Under the pieces are notes generated by a model, which did not search any database, had not been told where the DNA came from, and worked only from the letters and a program-made list of their open reading frames with translations. Of a DNA stretch of 64,000 nucleotides, positions 13,693 to 28,394 are shown piece by piece. The stretch lies in NCBI GenBank assembly GCA_028534125.1, contig CM052817.1, forward strand, positions 106,952,001-107,016,000, in the 5' to 3' direction. This DNA is from Lama glama. Taxonomy: Eukaryota. A program made the position numbers and the translations under genes. Numbering within the stretch: position 1 is the stretch's first letter; each line of letters starts with the position of its first letter.

Positions 13693-16600
13693 CTAGGGAA
13701 GGAGGAGGGAAAGCTAAGGTCACCACTGAGTCAACAAGTCCACGACGACACTGAAAAACCCCAGCAGGCTCCACCCCACACCATTTAGCCAAAAGTACCG
13801 GCAGGAAAGTTCCTTCATTTCTGAAGTTCACAGTGCCTGAATAGTGCCCTGTTTCCCAAGAATCACCAAATAAAACTTTTAAAGTTTATGGGCATTCGAT
13901 GAGCCTTAAATAATACAAGATTCAGGGTTCAGACGGGTGGGTTTGGTAGTTCAGAGTAACCTGGGTGAGCGCTATTGGGTGAATCCAATGAGCTACAACT
14001 TTAAATTAGACCCCAAGGAGCAGATGAGCCCACCACTACTTGTTTGGCAGCACAAACGCAACTGGTGGCAAGAGACAGCTTCGGTCAGAAAACACATCTG
14101 AGGTTCATCTACCCCCAAATGATGTTTAAAGGTTAAAAAAAAGTGAGCATCTTAGAACTGAAGGAGGGTACTGTTACACAGGCAACGACGCAAGCTCTAC
14201 GGAGAAAGAGAGACAAGCGCGCCCTCGGAGCACTCAGGATGCAGGAGGTCACGGACAGGGTTCGCCTGTCTACACAGGCACGTAAACATCACTGTTCCAC
14301 TTGCTCGTGTTTCAACTCCAGGTAAAAAGGCGTCTATTAAGCAGATTCACTGAACATCCCTCCAGTCTCTACCACTCCCCCCACAGAGCAGAGAAGATGC
14401 ATTGGAAAGGAAATATTCCTACATTCGCCCATGAAGAAAGTATTTATTGAGCCCTTTCCTTCTTACGCCCTGCTAGTCAGCGAATGAGATGAGATGCTAA
14501 GAAAACACTGCCCCGAAGAATCTCACACTCTGATTCAAAGCTGTTATCCATTCTTCTGAATTAAAAAAAAGGGCACTATTTATCTATAATATCACACACA
14601 CAACTGGCCAATAATAAACATGACATTTCAAAACACATGCTAACAGACACCATGCAACACTGATAACACCCCTCCTTCCTGCCAGCATTTGGATTCCGTC
14701 CGGCTGTTGAACACTAACAAAATAAAACCGAAGTAAGAGCTGGTCTTATTAATATTCCCTTCTCTCCTCGGACAACCTCATCCCTTCTTCCCTTCCAGTA
14801 ACAAGATGCCACCTCACAGTTTAGATTGTCTCACAAGGGAGGTGACTCAGGCTGATGACACAGACCAATGGGTCCGATACCTCAGGGTTCCAAATAAGGA
14901 GGTAAAACGTATTTATAATCACAGCCCTTCAGAACTGACTCAATAAATAAATTATGATACTCAATGGTATTTAATACAGTCTGTACAGCGTAATACTTAT
15001 TAACATCATGGGAGACAAAGTACACAAAGAAAATATGTAAACATAAATTTATTAGGGGGCATATGATCAGATGCCAAATAAACGTAAAGGAATGCATGTT
15101 GGAGGAGCTCAGAGAAGTGAGGCGTTCATTGAAACGTGTGAAATCATGGCAAAAATCATGTAGCTCTCACTATGAATTTAACTGATAACTGAAGATGCTG
15201 TGAAACAGATAAAATTGGGAAAACAACAATTTCCCTGCAAAGGAGTAGAAAGGAGAAAGCCTCTAAACTGAGGATTTATATATTTTTATTCACAACGTAG
15301 AATAGTGAAAAGTTTGCAGGATTTCTTCAGGAACGATTTGAAGACAAGTTTGCCGAGTTATATTAATGACTGTGACTTTACGGGCAGTTGACTGATAGAG
15401 ATCAAATATTAAAATAACATGTTCGGAGCCAGGATCACTGTCCTTCACTATCTCAGCTATGTTTCCATTTAATGCAGTCAACTCACTGCAGAAGGCAAAG
15501 GAGGAAGCATTACTCAACGGCTCAGAGATTTCCAAGCGCATCCATCGATACATCACATAATTATGGAACGTAAACTGATTCCTACTACCGTTTATAGACC
15601 TGAGGTTGGCGTGTGCCACACAGTGCGACTTTTAAAAATTAACGTCGATATGCCAAACAAAGGTGTATGTAGCTAATGAATTTTCACTCATTGGCCAATT
15701 ATTTACTCAAGGCTCATAGGAACGCTTCTCTTCAGCGTCCACCAGCTGGTCGTCTTTCCCGACTACATTCACTGTGTGGAAGCATTAGGCGCCTTCAGGC
15801 TCCAAATCTAACAGAAGAGACGCGGGTCCAGCCTTCACAGTCCACGGCTACTCATCTACGCCTACTCACAGCCACAGGGAGCGGAATTCCAGGGCTTCGT
15901 TAGGCTAACAACCACAAAGACTGTCTACAGAGAAAAGAGGAAGTATTTCCACTCTTAAGAATTCAGTTCTATTGGATGAACACTGATTACCTACTCTGTC
16001 GTACACCGTTAGGGACACGAGGCACCAGGCTGAAGACGACACTCCCAATTCCAAGTGTGACTCCTGCAAACCAAACGGTCACTGAAACAGACGCAGTGCG
16101 CGACAGAGAAGTCAAACATCCTTTTTTAAACACGGCTTGTTAGCTCCCCTCCACCACCCGTAACTCTTTGAAGAACAGAATGAAATCATGTTATATTAAA
16201 CTGAGGGTTAACACATATAAAATTTAGCCTTAACTATTTCTTTCTTTTAGAACAGACGCCACGCTTGAGCTGTTTTCCCATAGGTTGGGATGGCAGCCCC
16301 GTGACTGACAGGACTCATGAGCTGAAGTTCCACAACTGGAGAAGTTGTGCGTGCTGTTTCCAGAAAGGAAGAGCCTGAAAAGCGCAGTGCGGTCCAGCTT
16401 CCCTCTGCACACTGGGGACCTGAGCCTGGCCTCGGGAAATGGTCCTTCAGAGGCAAAGGAGCCGGATGGGAACTGGGAGTCAGGGAGCAAACACAGGTGC
16501 AGGCACCACGCGTACGCCTGGGGGCAGAGGGAGAACGGACCCGCGGGCACAGTGACTCATTGTCTGAGTGGAATATACCAAACAGGGGCACAGGCCGCCA

Positions 16601-16744
16601 ATGACTACAGATTCACGCATTCCAAGCTTTTCCAGGCTTCATCCAGTGCCTACTTAAATTGCTATCAGTATACTATTTAATTGTGTTTCAGATTAAAACA
16701 GGGCTGTGAATTACCTTGTGACTTTAGCCACTGTTTAGAACAGA

Positions 16745-17105
16745 AAATACTGTATGATATCACTTACATGTGGAATCTAAAAAAAGGAGAATCTTATTTG
16801 CAAAACAGAAACAGACTCTTAGTCATAGAGAACAAACTTGTGGTTACCAGGGGGAAAGGGGGGTGGGAGGGAATAAACTGGGAGTTAGAGATTTGCAGAC
16901 ATTAACGGACATATATAGAATAAACAACAAGTTCATGCTGTATAGCTCAGGGAACTATATTCGATATCTTGTAGCAACTTATGGTGAAGAAGAATATGAG
17001 AATGAATATATGTGTGTTCCCCTATGACTGAAGCATTGTGCTGTACACCAGAAATTGACACAACGTGGTAAACTGACTACACTTCAGTAAAATACACACA
17101 CACAA
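16745..17105 (+). mobile_element. L1 3' end fragment (artiodactyl-type 3' UTR)
   Basis: atgatatcacttacatgtggaatctaaaa...tgctgtacaccagaaattgacacaac...aaactgacta, shared with copies at 28.4-29.1, 42.4 and 45.0 kb. Confidence 0.88.
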
Positions 17106-17429
17106 AAATGGAACAGAAATTTTGTTCAAAAAATAAGAAAAGTTTTTGAAGTTGGGACTACACATAGTAGTTACCTGATTAAATAACGAAATAATTAAAA
17201 TTAAATAAAATTTAAATAAAGTGAAATAATTAAAGGGGAAATTAATACATTTTATACATTTTGATCTTAATACCAACATATTTAACAGTAATTCACTAAG
17301 AACACAATTCAAAGGAATCTCTTATATTTTTCTTTGTATCAATTAAATGCTTTTATTTTAACATTTGATTATATGAATGTATTACTGCTCAAATTCTTCC
17401 TGGATCAGGCAACCTATATTCCTAAAAAT

Positions 17430-17555
17430 ATGGTTCTTGACTGTGGTGGTGGTTTCACTAGTGTATATACATCTATCAGAATTCATGAAATTGTACCTCT
17501 GAAATATGTGTAGTTTACTGTACAGGGATCATACCACAATAAAGGTGTTAAAAAC
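17430..17555 (+). mobile_element. Old L1 3' terminal fragment
   Basis: cttgactgtggtggtggtttcactagtgtatatacat...tatgtgtagtttactgta...aataaag. Confidence 0.6.
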
Positions 17556-20327
17556 TATGGCACTTGTGAATCACAACTGTAGCCAACTACTTTCAGGCAA
17601 ATGACTGAACCATAATTTAGTCATGAAACTGCCCATCACATAAGAAACCACAAGGGTAATATGTGTTTCAATCAGATTCTTAAATGCATAAAGTAAGCAT
17701 AACCTTAGTATTAATCTTAGTTTTGTAAAACCTGCGTGCCACTGGTACAAGAGCTTGTTTTGTTTCCTTTTCTGGGAGAAGCAAGGATGCTACAACGATT
17801 AGCTGTAAGTCAGACACACTGCAGAAGCCTTAAGGCTCACATGTGAGCATATCGCGTATGTGACAGTCTTTGATTTATTAATTAACCTAGTGATTGGCAT
17901 CTACGAAACGACCAGCTAGTACATGAGCTCTGTTTGGACCTAAATGCAGCGAGTGGCTGTCCTGAAGGCTCTGACACCACAACAGCAGTAAATACTCTGC
18001 TGAGTTGGTAAAAAGTCCCTGAGAGCGGTGACAGCGCAGCAGGGACCAGGGTGCTGCCTCACATCCCCTTCCTTCTCTCCCCAAGAAACCTCTGGTTCAC
18101 TCTTCCAGCCCTACAGGAGAGCGTCGCCGTCCTACTGACTGTGCACCTGAAACGCAGGGGAATTTCACGTTCCACAATGCACCATCAGCATCGGAGGGTG
18201 GCTGAGAAATCCAGCAGTTAAAACAAAAGAACACTGCCACCATTACGGACATTTATCTAACCGAAAAATTTCCCAATAAACCCTAGAATCAGTTTATTTC
18301 AAGACATAGATACAACGGAGCATGCAAGGCCTGGGGTGACCGTGGGCACCCATCCAGCCTTCCCAGCAGCTTATCCTGAGTAACAACACTACCTGAGGAT
18401 CACACCTTGTGACTGGACACCAGCTCCATAGTAAGATATATCATTAAGGATGGACCCAAAAGAGCACGGGTTTCCCCAGACCGTTACTGGAGTTCCCTGA
18501 GAGTTCCCCATGCTCAGGTTTTCCAGGTCTGCAAGGAGGAGCTGGAATATTACTGGACACAGTCCCCTTTCTCTCTGAGGTGTTAGTGAGAATACAGTCC
18601 CCCATAGTTTCCACCCATCCATCATTTACTGAAAACCTGTGCTGTGAGGATTAATTGAGCGATTGGGCAGAGAGCACCCAGGGAGGGCCTGGCACACAGA
18701 AACCAGAGGGCAAGCGCGTCAGCCCGAAATCACCGTGAGCGGACTCCGTGGACGGCATGGAGTCTTCCGGCTCTAGGTTCCTGCCGGGATCTAAGGCTCC
18801 ACGCCAGCGGGTCACTGAGCTGCCCCCAGAAGGGCCGTGGTGGCCAAGGCCATCTCACCCACATTAGAGCTCAAGATGTGTTTTAAAAGCAAGTCACACT
18901 TTCTCCCTCCCTGTGTGTACACACATGCTCATATACACACACACCCCTCGTTTTTCTTTTACTGAAACTGATCTTTTCTGATACCACTGGTTCTCACCTG
19001 CTCTGACCGGTTTCCACATAGAGCTTGAGAATAGGCAGGAATATGACTTAGTAGCTCATTTTAAAGACCACTTTATAATACGGCCAACGCTGATTCCTCT
19101 AAAACATGGTATTTCTTTAGGAACACCAGAAAAAGTAAGCATGTGGACCCCTGAGTATTACTCAGCAGAAGTAATCTGTCTTTATACTCACTGCGGACGT
19201 GGTCTAGATTAGGGCTCACCCTTGAATACTGCCTCCATCAGTATTGCACAAAGCGTGGAGAAAGATTTCTGCACAGTATGCAGTTTCTTTTGTTTATGTA
19301 TACATATACATTTAAAGGCAAGAAACAAAGTTTCCCCCAAAGTGTCATGAGAGGATAATTTAATAAACTGATAGATCTAATAATATTTCTCATTAAAAGG
19401 CCTGGAGATGTTTTTAAACATCGGAATGACTATGCTTTATAGGAACAGTTCTACAAAAATTGGCTTTATATCTACGGGAGAAACCTGCCTAAAATTAACA
19501 ATTTGTAAGAACTTCACATTCCCCCAGTTTCCTGCCAGGCTCAGAGGACACAAGCCTCTTAGACATATATGGAGTTATCTCTTGTTCAACTTCCTCTAAG
19601 TCAAGTGACCTTGAGCAAGCTGAGTAACTTCTGTGTACCCGAGTTTCTTCTGTAAAATGAACATAACACAGCCCAGTGACTAAGTGAAGTAACTTGTGGG
19701 ATCCACCTTGCAGACGTCTCTCCCTTTTCGTGCCCTCTGCCATTTTTCTAGGTAAGGTCTTCACTCTCCCAGGTTAGACAGTTTCTAAATTCAATGGGGA
19801 AGGAACCATAACTAACTTACTTTTGACACTGTCATACCTACCACTACCATTCCAGTAGTTTACTTACTACATACATTCCCCCTAAAATCTATGGGTTACA
19901 TTTTAAATAAATCATTTATTTACATGGAAGAGCTCACTGCTTAGAGTACTGCACTAAATTTTTCAAAGTAAATGACCTCGTTGTCATGATATGCTATGGT
20001 TCAATTACTCTCTTATACACACTCAGATATTCATAGCTAGAATTCTCTCAAAGTGCTAACACTTGGGGAGTCTGTGCTTCTGTGTGCCTAGCTGTACTAC
20101 ATGTGACTGTAAAAGCTTCCACATCAGTCCTGTATTTGGCCAGGACAGGTACTGCCAACAGGTGCGCTTCAACTGCAAACCAACACTCCTGCCACCCTGA
20201 GCGCACTGCCCCCTGGAGGGCAGTCCAAACAGAACACCTCCACACGGGCTTTAACATACTGTTTTGGAGGGAGGTGTAACACAGAGGGTCTGACATTAAG
20301 ATACAGCTTATATACATTAACATTTCA

Positions 20328-20500
20328 GGGGGTGAGTGTAGCTCAGTGGTGGAGTGTGTGCTTAATTAGCATGCAGGAGGTCCTGGGTTCAATCCCCAGT
20401 ACCTCCATCAAAATAAATACACAAATAAATAAAACTAATTATCTCCCCCTTCCAAAAAAACAAACAAGTAAAACAAAATTACATTAAATTAAAAAAAAGA
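20328..20500 (+). mobile_element. tRNA-Ala-derived SINE
   Basis: gtagctcagtggtggag (A box) ... gggttcaatccccagtacctcca (B box), then A-rich tail with taattatctcccc motif. Confidence 0.88.
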
Positions 20501-20999
20501 ACAATTTAAAAAACCTGACATGGCTTCCTGCCTAAACAGAAACCTTTTTATGTTAGAATTAGCTTCTGAAATGCAGTGAGCTAGCCCTCTCCCCAGGGCC
20601 AGAAGGCCACCCTCACGGGTTTTAGGGCTGGTAAATCATAAACTTCACTGGCTATGGTTACATAAATTACAATCTGTCTAAAATTTCATTCCTACATTTA
20701 TACAATGCGGATATTCTGAACCCAAATAGAATACCTAGGACCCCTGCTGAGGAAAATAAAACTAAGTTACCTGAAAGGCTGTCAGTCACATGATTGATGT
20801 TTTCAAGCAAATACTTTCTAAAAGCCTTTTCTCTTGGCTGTTGAAAGAAAGCTCAAATGAACTTCAAAACGGAAAAGCAGAATCCCTTAGGATGATGAGA
20901 AAGTGTAGGATCTGACTTAAACATCGTATGTGCCAAAATGCAAGGCTGTGCCCCATTTTTCTCCAGGAGAGGCAAGGGTAAGACCCCTGGCCACCAGCT

Positions 21000-21190
21000 A
21001 CCACATGCCAGGCCTGGGCCAAGCACCTGCAGGTACACTAGCTCGTTTAATTCTTACCAGCATCTTACCAAGTAGTAGTACTACGAACGTGTTAGATCGG
21101 AGGAAACTAAGACACGGGAAAGTGAAGTGATTTGCACCAAGATCACACAGTGAAAGGTGGCCGGGTGCCAGGCCCTGGACCTCACACATG
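21000..21190 (-). mobile_element. MIR
   Basis: gaggaaactaagacacgggaaagtgaagtgatttgcaccaagatcacacag. Confidence 0.65.
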
Positions 21191-23299
21191 CAAGCATTAA
21201 ACTTTAGTGTATTTATTAATCTATTAGTTGACTTGAAAACACTCACGGATATTGATGAAATGCCCAAATGGCTGCTTATATCAATTTATTAATATAATTT
21301 CTTATACAAATTTCAAAATCAGGTAGAAAAATTGTACTTTGAAATCATTCTTCACTCTTTCTTTCATAACACAAATTTACTAAAACTTCACATCTGCATC
21401 TCCAGTATCGACGATTCTGACACCACGACACCGCTTTCTGAGTCATCCCTCCTAAATTGCTTGAGAGTCACCACATTTCTGAATCTACATGTGATATACT
21501 GGGCAGCATTACTGAGGCCCGTTTTTCATTTGTCTTGCAGCGTCTTAATGAAAACCATTGACTATAAGCTCTTCTTTAAAATGTTATAGTAATATCCAGT
21601 GTTTGCAATTTTCAGGTTGCATAGCAAAAAATCATCATTAAATCCGTGTCAAACATAAAACTTCTTTAACTCCTTTCTTTATACCAGGCTCACCACCCGA
21701 CCCTTATGGCATTCGAAGCCTGCATTGTTTGATGTCATTTCTGTCTTATGTTCCTTATCGAAGAGTACTTTTTCTAAGGGGGAAAAAAGGTAATATAAAT
21801 TGAGAGAACCTTATGATACAAGAAACAAAAGCAACTCCTTCTCTGGTAGTTAATTCTGGCAGAGCAAAATCTTGTCTGATATATAACACCCCTGACATTT
21901 GACAATCAGAAACAAAGTATGCACACACAGACACACACACAGTTAGTTATAATACAAGCTCATCAACTAATTTCATCACCTTAAGGAAGGACACCTGGCA
22001 CAGAGCAAACAGTTCTATAATAAATACCAGAACCACTAAAAGTCTGTCATCTGAAAGATAGCTGCATTTTTTTCAAAATGGAAATCTTTATCTGGGACCT
22101 AAAATAAAACAAACTAATTTTCCATAGAAATACTGAGATAGTTCATTAATTATCATGTATATATCACCAATACACCAATATATTAATTACCCTGTATATA
22201 TCACATATATGTCCTATTGTCTGCTACGAAACACAGCTTTATGACGGTGTGCAAGTCACATCCATCGCATCCTCACTCCGAACACACGCAGATGCCCAGC
22301 ATATAATCCCGTTTCCTGTTCAGGTATTTGCAACAATCAGTAATCACTGATCTGCAAAGCACACGTTCCTCTGAGGGATTTCAACAACAAAAAAATTTCT
22401 AGATCATTCAGTCCAAAATGTTTTCAATAAAATAGATGGCAACTGGTGGACCGAGTCGGGTGACCGACTGGAGAGTCATCTCCTGGGCAGCACCCCGCCT
22501 ACGCAAACCCCAGCCCCTCTGGACGTATTCCATTCACGCTGGTAGTAAGTACTGCCCTGGCTGGGGGCGCTGCTCTGTAACCGGCAGAGCCCTGAGTATC
22601 TGACGCCCGTGGGCTCCAAGACTCATCAAGAGCCCAGATTTGCTGCTGAAGCTCAGACAGCTCAAGCGGCTTGTCCAAAGGCCCAGGTAGGCAGCGTGAA
22701 AACGTGTAACTTTTTCCTTTGGATCCTGACTCTAGAAATCTCTTACCTTCAACCCAATCTTGACACCTATCTTCTCTCTTACTGAAACAGGAAACACCAT
22801 AAGAAGCTACACCAATACAACCACAACTTCATTTTCTAGTACAAAAACCAACCCAATAAGTACATTATAGCAAAATTTGTGATTATCCATATAGAATACT
22901 GCTCATGTTCTACTTGAGTTCTCGTGTTTTCCAGGACAGAGGGGGATCGCTGCCCTGGAAGTGGCCGTCCCCAGAGAGGGGGGCCACTGGTAAGACCAGA
23001 AGACGGTTCCCCGGGACCAATTAGACAGCAATGGTGATGAGCTCCCGCGGGACTGTGAGCAGCTGCCCCGGCTGCCCGGAGGCCCCCACGAGCACAGGAT
23101 CAGGGAAATAAGTGCTCCAGGTCAAGGAAAAAGGTTCCTACTGGATCCATGGATGAGCCCGGGCTGCCTTGTTTTTCAACAAAAATAAATAGCTGGTTTG
23201 GCCAGAAAGCCTCTCTCGGAATTAAAATCATCACCCCACAAGTTGTTTTCAATTGTTAAGCCACCTACATTCAAACACAAATGAGCCTGAGTCTCTTTA

Positions 23300-23760
23300 C
23301 AATCAAATACCATAAAATGGCCAAGACGGGCAAGCTATTCACAAACGTCCTCCTCTTCCAGGGAGTACGACTGGACCACACTTCCCAACTCCCCTCACAG
23401 TCACATTTTTGTGCTGTAAACTGTGCCAGTACAACCGAGCTCCAGCCTTCGGAGTAAGAGCAAACAGAAGTGATGTACAGCGCGTCCACCCCCACTTACT
23501 ACACCTCCTGCACACCTGCCACGCTCTCCCCCTGCATCAAGAGTCTCTGTTGGAAGACAAGACAAGCTTTGCACTGAAGGTTACACAACTCAGCGACACA
23601 ACGGAGGGGCCGGGATCCCTGAATCACTGCTTAGACGGGAACTGTCCTCAGGGACCAAGAGTACTTGCTTCAGATTTTATGCAAAAGAGAAATAAACCTC
23701 TACTGTGTTGGAACCATCATGTCTTGTTTGGCTTGGAACCATGACTAGCATGATCTTCAC
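23300..23760 (+). mobile_element. MaLR (MLT1-like) LTR, degenerate
   Basis: cacacttcccaactcccctcacag...gggatccctgaatcactgc...gagaaataaacctctactgtgtt pattern typical of MLT1. Confidence 0.5.
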
Positions 23761-23919
23761 TCAAATATAAATACTGTGATCATCTTTGTGACCTCTTTGT
23801 GAAAAATCGTCCACAGTGGAATTCCGAATTCCTGAGGGAGAAGTTGGGAGGGCTCTGATAACATCCTGACCACGCAGGACTGTGTGCAGTTTGCATAAAG
23901 CAAACATCAGAGCTCCGTG

Positions 23920-24180
23920 ACTTATTCAGGCAAATGTGTGTTGCGAACGCACTTGATGCCGGGATGCCAGGCACTGTTCCCAGCTTCTAGGGCAGCAGTA
24001 CATTAAGATAAAGTCCCTGCTTGCGGGGGTCTTACAACTCATGAGCGGAGACAAGTAATACAAGAATAGTGAAGGAAACTGTCAAACAGTGATAAAGAAC
24101 TGCATTCAGCAAAGATTAAGAGAGACTGATGTGACAGAGTGACTGCATAGTCAGGAAAGATCTAAGATGCGATAATGAGA
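23920..24180 (-). mobile_element. L2 fragment
   Basis: tgccaggcactgttc...aagataaagtccctgcttgcgggggtcttaca. Confidence 0.55.
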
Positions 24181-24251
24181 TGAGAAAACGGTCTCATACT
24201 CTGTTAATACCTGAAGGGACAGTTCCAATCACACCATTTTACTAGGTACAA

Positions 24252-24287
<36 letters not shown>

Positions 24288-24290
24288 ACA
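24252..24290 (+). repeat. (CA)n microsatellite
   Basis: Direct observation. Confidence 0.95.
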
Positions 24291-25004
24291 TCACATATAT
24301 ATCTTCTACACAAACATATATATACACACATAACTTTATGTAACACATACATTACACTTCACACATTTATAAAGTATATGTTATACTTATGTTTTGTCTT
24401 TGTGTCAAACTGAGACAAGTCTAGCCTATCACGAAGCCAAAGGAATACAATTACTAAAGATTTTATGAAAAAAAAATCACTGGGCTCTTTGTACAACCTC
24501 AAGACAAAATCAACTGAGAATCACAGTACCCTTATGAAGCAAAGACAGTAGAAAATAAATTTGGATTTGTTAAGTGCCCTGTGGGCTGGAGAGCTCGGAT
24601 ATCTACCCGTATTTCAAGATGCAAATATTACGTGATGGGAATATAAGGCTTCCAAAGTAAGTATTTGTTCTCCAAAAGTACCGCCTAAGAGTTTAAATGG
24701 AAAATTAAGTCTAGAAACCACCTACTGAGTCAATTGATTTTGAGGACTCAAGAAGTCATTGAGTAGACTGATTGCTTGGGAAAAAATACTTGTATTGAAA
24801 TTTATGCTGTACTGTTCTGAAAAACAGAAAGTAATGAAACTTTATCTCCCCAAGAAGAAACTTGGATGCACTCAAAATCCTTGCTTCCATAGACTTCCTG
24901 CCCTAGCGTCTGTGTGTGAGGGTAGGAAGCTGGGGGTGGGGAGGCGAGGCCGTCACACACATGGGAATGTGTCACGCAGAGGGAACCAGTTTGAAGCAGT
25001 AGCA

Positions 25005-25437
25005 GCCTTCCTACACTGGTGGTGGGAATGTAGTTTGGTGCAGCCACTATGGAGGACAGTATGGAGGCTCCTTAAAAAACTAAAAATAAATTTACCATGT
25101 GATCCAGCAATCCCACTCCTGGGCATATACCCGGAGAAAAATAAAACTCAGACACATGCACCCCAGTGTTCACAACAGCACTGTTTACAATAGCCAAGAT
25201 ATAGAAACAACCCAAATATCCATCAATAGGTGACTAGATAAAGAAGCCGTGGTGTATTTATACAATGGAACACTACTCAGCCATAAAAAAGAGTAAAATA
25301 ATGCCATTTGCAGCAACATGAATGGACATGAAAATCGTCATTTTAAGTGAAATAAGCCAAAAAGAGAAAAAATACCATATGATATCACCTATATGTGGAA
25401 CCTAAATAAATAAATAAATAGGACACAAATGAACTAT
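25005..25437 (+). mobile_element. L1 ORF2 C-terminal fragment
   Basis: Translates [39 protein letters not shown], characteristic of the L1 ORF2 C-terminus. Confidence 0.92.
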
Positions 25438-26623
25438 TTATTATTTATAACTTAGATGATTGATTTCTTGAATATGTGTAAGCACAATTTGACTGTCCTT
25501 TATGATTGGATTATTGCATTCTTGTTGATTCTTATTTTGTGGTTGGCGACATTCCTTTGATAACTATGTAAGTTTAAAAAGCTAAAGCTCTATCTGTTCT
25601 TAGAAACAGTGATCAGTACACATTGCAAACTAAAAAAATGTGCATTATACTGTATATATGTATTTACATGCAATATAACATATATGTCCAGTCAAACTGT
25701 TAAAATTCTACCTAATAAAAGTGAAAAAAAAAGAAAAGAAATGAATAGGATAAAGGATACAGAGGGTGGAAGGTTTCACTGCCAAGGTGTCATCTGAGTA
25801 AAGACCTCAACGGAGCGAATGCCTCTGCCCTGCAGGTGCACACAAGGAAACCGGCACTGCACGTTCAAGGACATTGAGGGCAAAGGTCAAAGGCACGGCG
25901 GCCTTGGTATATTTTAAGAATAGCCAGGTCGGTACCAGCTCTGGGAAGACCATGGGGAATTAGGTGATGGCTCTGGATTTTACCAGGAGTGAGATGGAGA
26001 GACTGGAGGGTTCTGAGCACTCATGATGTCTACATCGTGCATTTAAAACACTGTTCTTAAATGTTTAATGTAGAGATATGCTACTTTTTTGAGAACTATT
26101 TGACAGTAATTCCACATAACTTAAATTGAAAAAAGATGTGTATTACAACTTGTACCAAGAGGCCATCAGCAAACAAAAGCATCATGGCCGGTCTTGCTGG
26201 ATGTATGCTGGGCAGTGACCCGACTGTGAGGCTGTGTCTAAGTGGTGGTTTATGGGAACACCAGCCGTTAACTTTATTTATGGAAAATCCTACCCTACAC
26301 CTCTTACATATGAGACATACACACACAGAGGAAAGAAACTGCCTAGATTCTAAATGACACCTCAGATTCTGCCTGCACTGGTTCCAGGTTTCGCTCAAAC
26401 ACTACACAACGGCCACTTTCTAGGGATGAGTCTTACAACTCAGCTAGACAATAATCTTTAAATCGAGAAATAATTAGACATTATCCCTCTTAAGTGACTA
26501 ACAAAAATAGTAGGTATTAATTTTATGTATCTGGTATACCAGTTTTGCCTTTTGCATCAGTGATAAAGATGCTCATTTTAGCATTCATCTCCGAGGACTC
26601 CAACGAGAAGACATTTAATTCCA

Positions 26624-27123
26624 NNNNNNNNNNNNNNNNNNNNNNNNNNNNNNNNNNNNNNNNNNNNNNNNNNNNNNNNNNNNNNNNNNNNNNNNNNNNN
26701 NNNNNNNNNNNNNNNNNNNNNNNNNNNNNNNNNNNNNNNNNNNNNNNNNNNNNNNNNNNNNNNNNNNNNNNNNNNNNNNNNNNNNNNNNNNNNNNNNNNN
26801 NNNNNNNNNNNNNNNNNNNNNNNNNNNNNNNNNNNNNNNNNNNNNNNNNNNNNNNNNNNNNNNNNNNNNNNNNNNNNNNNNNNNNNNNNNNNNNNNNNNN
26901 NNNNNNNNNNNNNNNNNNNNNNNNNNNNNNNNNNNNNNNNNNNNNNNNNNNNNNNNNNNNNNNNNNNNNNNNNNNNNNNNNNNNNNNNNNNNNNNNNNNN
27001 NNNNNNNNNNNNNNNNNNNNNNNNNNNNNNNNNNNNNNNNNNNNNNNNNNNNNNNNNNNNNNNNNNNNNNNNNNNNNNNNNNNNNNNNNNNNNNNNNNNN
27101 NNNNNNNNNNNNNNNNNNNNNNN
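26624..27123. other. Assembly gap (500 N)
   Basis: Run of exactly 500 N. Confidence 1.
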
Positions 27124-28394
27124 GCTCCTCCTGAGCCTGACTCACCTCCCGACCTTCAGGCTCGGCACCAGGCGGAGGAAGCTCTTTGTGGCTGTTCACA
27201 GCGTCTGCTCTGTCCCCACCTCCTGTGTCATTGCTCCCTCCTGGGGGGCTGGCTCACTCTCCAACCCCTCCTGGAGGGGACGATCTTGTCATCAGATGCA
27301 CCAGTGTCACCCAGACCCTGAGCACAGCTTGCAGCAGCTGCTGCTCTCACAGCCCAAAACCTTCCCTGGGAGTCCAAAAGGGAGCAGGTCTGCCTCACCC
27401 CCGCCCCCTCCTTCCTCAGAGTGCCTGAAACAGCGCTTAACAAATACACCACTCTCTGAGCTCCTGGCCCTGTGTAGAGCCAAGGGGCTGAGAGAGGACC
27501 AGCTGGGGCTGTCTCTGCCCTCCCAGTGCTGTGCTCACTCCTTCTTACTGGCAGCTGCAGGGAGGATGCCGGAATAAAGTGACAAGAGGACGGACAGGGG
27601 AAGAAGGGTGAGGCTGTGCCGAACCGAGGCTAGCAGTAACTGGAGCTAAGCGGTATGTTTTGTCTGCATTTCCTACAAGTCAGGGCAAAAAGAGTTGAGG
27701 ACCAAACCTCCGGACTCAAAAATGTTTGTTTCCTGTCTGCAGATTCCAACAGAGGCGCCTGGCAGTGGAAGGGTGTCTGAACTCTCTCAGGACTGTCAGA
27801 TTCACTCGTCTACTGAATTACTGGTCAAGTATTCATTGACCTACCGCCGCGACCAGGTCCTGCTGTAGGAGTGAGTTACCCAGGCAAGGACTTGGGTAAC
27901 AAGCAACGAGGCAGGTGTCAGTCGGTAACTCAGAGACAATAAAGGTGGGAGATGTAGTGGATGGTGTGGTTGGGGGAGGGGGCCGTCTTAGACCAGGCAC
28001 CTGGGACTGAGTGAGGGACATTTGAGACGGAAGGTGAATAAACACAAAGGACCCAGCCAGAGATCTGGGGGCAAGCTCCACAGATGGGAGGAACAGAGGG
28101 CACCAGCCCTTAGGGAGGAGAGTGGAGGGTGCTCAGGAAGCTGGAGAAGGTCAAGGTAACTGGAGGGCAGGAGAGCGAGGACGGCCGAGGGGAGAGAGGA
28201 CAAAGGAGCTCAGAGTCAGAGGAGCCAATCCTACTGAAAAGTAGGCGATGCAGCCACTGGGCAATTAATATGACCCAAACATGCTTTATAAATCCTTCTG
28301 TTGGGGTGGTGGGGGAGACACGTCAGGAGGGAGGGAGTGAGGTGTGCCCTCGGGACCACAGCAAACACACAAATGATGGACTTTCAAAATCTAA

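Noticed and set aside
19185..19245. ATG plus gtgagt/gtgagc donor-like sites as another RAPGEF2 exon
   Set aside because: The ATG frame stops (TAA) before the gtgagt donor, the phase-0 frame for that donor contains TAG, and the nearer gtgagc donor is phase 1.
26545..27321. Longest ORFs in the track (258 aa and 194 aa)
   Set aside because: Artefacts of translating the N gap.
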